DNA of 64,000 nt from an uncultured Poribacteria bacterium. Lineage in GTDB: Bacteria; Poribacteria; WGA-4E; WGA-3G. Under the pieces are notes generated by a model, which was given only the letters and a program-made list of their open reading frames with translations, was not told where the DNA came from and did not search any database. The stretch is from the NCBI GenBank assembly GCA_951813565.1, contig OX638351.1, positions 1,824,001 through 1,888,000 of the forward strand. The letters run 5' to 3'. Both the position numbers and the translations under genes were made by a program. Below, piece by piece: positions 61,068 to 64,000 of this stretch (positions are counted from its first letter, which is position 1; each line of letters opens with the position of its first letter).

Positions 61068-61859
61068 CTAAAGGCGGATTTCTGACAACGGGATACCGCG
61101 ATTAAACATTTTCGCTGGTGGGAGCGTCTCCTCAACTTCTGTCAATCCACACAACCAGTTCCATGTCAATTGACCCCTCTGCCGATCTCGATAAGATTCC
61201 ACTTCCGTTACATACGGATGTCTTCCTTTATGTTGGTAAGGTGGAATTTCATCGGAATCGCGCACCCAATCCCGTTTTGGCATAGCGGTACGGAAATATG
61301 AAAACTTTATCATGCCGCGTCTGTCGGCATTGAGTTTTGGACCCGCCTTATGCCAAATACCGTAGCGTGTCATCGCAACGGTGCCAGCAGGCACAGTGAG
61401 CGATAGTTGTCCCAAAATATCACCGTAATGTGCAATTGCTTCCCTATCAACAAGGCGAAAGTGTGACCCCGGCAAAATCATCGTGGGACCATCCTCAATT
61501 TTTACCTCTTTCGGATAATAGTAGCACTGAAGATGTGTGATACCGTATCCGTATTCGGTGAGTCCGTCTGAGTGCCATGTTTGTCCACGGTGTGGTGCTT
61601 CAAACAGATGATGATGTGCATTTGTCGGCACAATGAAATTCGCACCTAACAGCGAACGTACAACGCCAGCAACCTCCGGATGGAGAAGGACGTTTCGGCG
61701 AAATTCATCCGTTTGGACAAAATCGCCCATACCTCCTCTACCAACTGATTTACATTCCCGATTGTAATCCGCATCGATTATGTTTTCTAATGTGATATAT
61801 CCGTTGTGGATAAACTGCATGACTTGGTCATCATTTAGTGTTGGTTCTACGTTAAACAT
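61068..61859 (-). CDS. Phytanoyl-CoA dioxygenase (PhyH) family protein
   Basis: FIHNGY, WHSDG, GPTMILPGSH, IWH. Confidence 0.88.
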   Translation of the reverse strand: MFNVEPTLNDDQVMQFIHNGYITLENIIDADYNRECKSVGRGGMGDFVQTDEFRRNVLLHPEVAGVVRSLLGANFIVPTNAHHHLFEAPHRGQTWHSDGLTEYGYGITHLQCYYYPKEVKIEDGPTMILPGSHFRLVDREAIAHYGDILGQLSLTVPAGTVAMTRYGIWHKAGPKLNADRRGMIKFSYFRTAMPKRDWVRDSDEIPPYQHKGRHPYVTEVESYRDRQRGQLTWNWLCGLTEVEETLPPAKMFNRGIPLSEIRL

Positions 61860-61871
61860 TTGTGTTATTCC

Positions 61872-62249
61872 TTATACGATTTTTTCTAAAATGAATTCAA
61901 AGCTGAGATACGCGTTTTTAACATCCGAAAAGTTGTAGAGTTCGGGGCGCGGAAATTGCACAATTCGCCATCCATCACGAACTGCATCAAGCACAGAGGC
62001 ATAGGGCGGATCTTGTGATGGTAACGCTGGGTCGTCCGGTGCTGTTGGGTCATATAATGCCCAAGCACCAAGTGGTGAACGCAGATTAGTTGATTTGGAA
62101 TAGAGATAGAGGACAAGCTGTTTTTCTGAATTCAACGCAGCTTTTACAGTGGACAAATCTTCAGCTGTCAGTTCACCCGCGTTGAGTTTTTTTGTGCAAT
62201 TGTCAAGCCATTCTTTTATTGCTGATTTCACGCAAAGGTCTCCCTTCAA
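61872..62249 (-). CDS. Hypothetical protein co-transcribed with PhyH
   Basis: QLVLYLY...PPYASVLDAVRDGWRIVQFP...EFILEK; 12 nt upstream of the PhyH start. Confidence 0.7.
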   Translation of the reverse strand: MKGDLCVKSAIKEWLDNCTKKLNAGELTAEDLSTVKAALNSEKQLVLYLYSKSTNLRSPLGAWALYDPTAPDDPALPSQDPPYASVLDAVRDGWRIVQFPRPELYNFSDVKNAYLSFEFILEKIV

Positions 62250-62348
62250 TTAAGTTTTTGCATTATAGCATTAAAACAAAAAATATGGTATGATAGTTAT
62301 TGAAGTGATTTGACATTATGCAAACTGGCGAAACGATAAAACTGAGGA

Positions 62349-63608
62349 ATGCTAATTATGGCTAAAACACCGAGCAATAAGCGAAAGAAACGCACCAACA
62401 ACAAAAGGAAAATCACCAAGAGTCCAGATGCTTACAACAAGCAAGGGTTTGCCAAAGCTAGTCGTCAAGAACATCATGGAGCGATTAAGGATTTCAACGC
62501 TGCGATCCAGCTTAAACCAGACTATGTTGAGGCATACTACAATCGCGGTATATCAAAGAATGCGTTAGGTGAATATGAAGAGGCTATTGAAGATTTTGAT
62601 GAAGCAATCAAACATAATCCCGAATACGTTGACGCCTATGTTAAGCGTGGATTTGCACTGAGTTTCATCGGTGAGGAGGAAGCTTCCATTGCAGATTGTG
62701 ACACCGCAATCAATCAAAAGCCGGACTTTGCTGAAGCTTATTGGGTCCGCGGCTTGGCAAAAGGGGATTTAGAACTATATAACGAAGCTCTTGCTGATTT
62801 TGACGAAGCAATTCGCCTGCAGCCCAACAGCAGTGACGCATTCTATTATCGAGCGTGCCTAAAAGAAGAACTTGAGGAATATGAAGATGCCATTGCCGAC
62901 TACGATGAGGCAATACGTTTAGACCCTACTAATAATGATGCCCGTGAGAATTGTCAAGTATTAAAGGAGATGTTGATGGAGGACGAATCGCCTGATTTCC
63001 CAGGTTTGATCTTTATACCAAATCCTGAAAGTGAAGATATGTTGCCAGACGATTCAAATTTCGTCATTCCTATAATGCCCGATGTTTTTGAGAATTATTT
63101 TGACAAATCTGATGAAGATATTGAAGAATACGAAACCGCCATTAAATCCGCTGATGAAGCAATACGTCTGGATCCTGAGAATATCAAAGCATACTATGAT
63201 CGGGGAACTGCAAAGCATAATATATTTGATTTTGAAGGCGCTATCAAAGATTTTGATGAAGTGATTCGCCGGCAGCCAGAGAATGTTGATGCTTACAACT
63301 ATCGGGGAATGTCTAAGGATAACCTTGAGCTGCACGAAGAGGCGATCGCCGATTTTGACGAAGCAATACGTTTGCAACCGAATTTTGCCGAAGCGTATTA
63401 CAACCGTGGCATCGGAAAGTCTAATCTTGAGTTGCACGAAGACGCGATTGCTGACTATGACGAAGTAATACGCTTACAACCGGATTTCGCAAGAGCTTAC
63501 GTAGGTCGCTCACTTGCTAATAGTGAACTTGGCAGAGAGAAGGAATCTATAGAAGACTTCAAAAAAACTCTGCAGATGATTGCATTTTCTGAAGATGATG
63601 AAAAATAA
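62349..63608 (+). CDS. Tetratricopeptide repeat protein (two TPR blocks separated by an acidic linker)
   Basis: Repeated AYYNRG...AIADFDEAIRLQP units. Confidence 0.92.
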   Translation: MLIMAKTPSNKRKKRTNNKRKITKSPDAYNKQGFAKASRQEHHGAIKDFNAAIQLKPDYVEAYYNRGISKNALGEYEEAIEDFDEAIKHNPEYVDAYVKRGFALSFIGEEEASIADCDTAINQKPDFAEAYWVRGLAKGDLELYNEALADFDEAIRLQPNSSDAFYYRACLKEELEEYEDAIADYDEAIRLDPTNNDARENCQVLKEMLMEDESPDFPGLIFIPNPESEDMLPDDSNFVIPIMPDVFENYFDKSDEDIEEYETAIKSADEAIRLDPENIKAYYDRGTAKHNIFDFEGAIKDFDEVIRRQPENVDAYNYRGMSKDNLELHEEAIADFDEAIRLQPNFAEAYYNRGIGKSNLELHEDAIADYDEVIRLQPDFARAYVGRSLANSELGREKESIEDFKKTLQMIAFSEDDEK

Positions 63609-63766
63609 TGCGCAACACTCACATCAACAGCGGCGGAATTAAATGCATAGATTAGCTGTATTGTGTTAAAATTATTAGAACTGAATTGGGAACCTTAACC
63701 TGTCATCTCTGGATCCGTGTCAGGTTGTTAGTCAACACACGAGAAAATATACAGAAAGGATTTTTT

Positions 63767-64000
63767 ATGAGATTGGAAGGAAAAGTTGCAATTGTCGCTG
63801 GTGCTGCATGGGGCGGCATCGGGGCAGCAACTGCTTACAAATTTGCTTGCGAAGGCGCAAAAGTGGTTGTCAACACGCGCCGCCGAGAAGGGAAACTTGC
63901 TGAAACCGTCCAACGCATTCAGGACGCTGACGGTGAAGCAGTCGCTGTGATGGGTGATGTTGCCGAGGAAAAAACATGGCAAACACTCGTCGAAACAGCG
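63767..64000 (+). CDS. SDR-family oxidoreductase, 3'-truncated by the window
   Basis: MRLEGKVAIVAGAAWGGIGAATAYKFACEGAKVVVN; aaagga RBS. Confidence 0.88.
   Translation, partial: MRLEGKVAIVAGAAWGGIGAATAYKFACEGAKVVVNTRRREGKLAETVQRIQDADGEAVAVMGDVAEEKTWQTLVETA

Noticed and set aside
1..64000. tRNA, rRNA, prophage, integron or retron/DGR
   Set aside because: No cloverleaf, rRNA, phage structural, integrase or reverse transcriptase sequence recognised

Overview
AT-rich bacterial chromosomal segment with about 50 protein genes. It is rich in Gfo/Idh/MocA oxidoreductases, sugar-phosphate isomerases, PhyH dioxygenases, TPR, VWA and DUF4159 proteins; this gene content suggests Candidatus Poribacteria, which is an inference and was not checked. 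Core-type genes are pheA, queG, a GT9 heptosyltransferase, UPF0182, an Omp85 fusion and a sulfite/nitrite reductase-TusA fusion. Accessory content includes a split RDD/SpoIIM/DUF58/MoxR/DUF4350/DUF4129 cluster, a helicase-less type IIG/ISP-like restriction-modification enzyme, a decaying toxin-antitoxin cluster, two tnpB-only IS200/IS605 elements and one IS982. The intergenic DNA is crowded with REP-like hairpins and several MITE families. The most notable observations are: (1) an 81-aa DUF5069-like gene missed by the ORF track, with an in-frame UGA at a likely conserved Cys position and a SECIS-like hairpin 12 nt downstream, i.e. a probable selenoprotein; (2) about 20 copies of a ~35-bp unit (CAAATCAACG + covarying bulged hairpin + C) that appears to insert at C^G without target duplication, into REPs and into itself; (3) a tnpB-less IS605-type mini-element that keeps an omegaRNA-like right end; (4) a MITE family that duplicates ~20-bp REP hairpins on insertion. 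All family assignments come from motif recognition by eye; no database searches were run.
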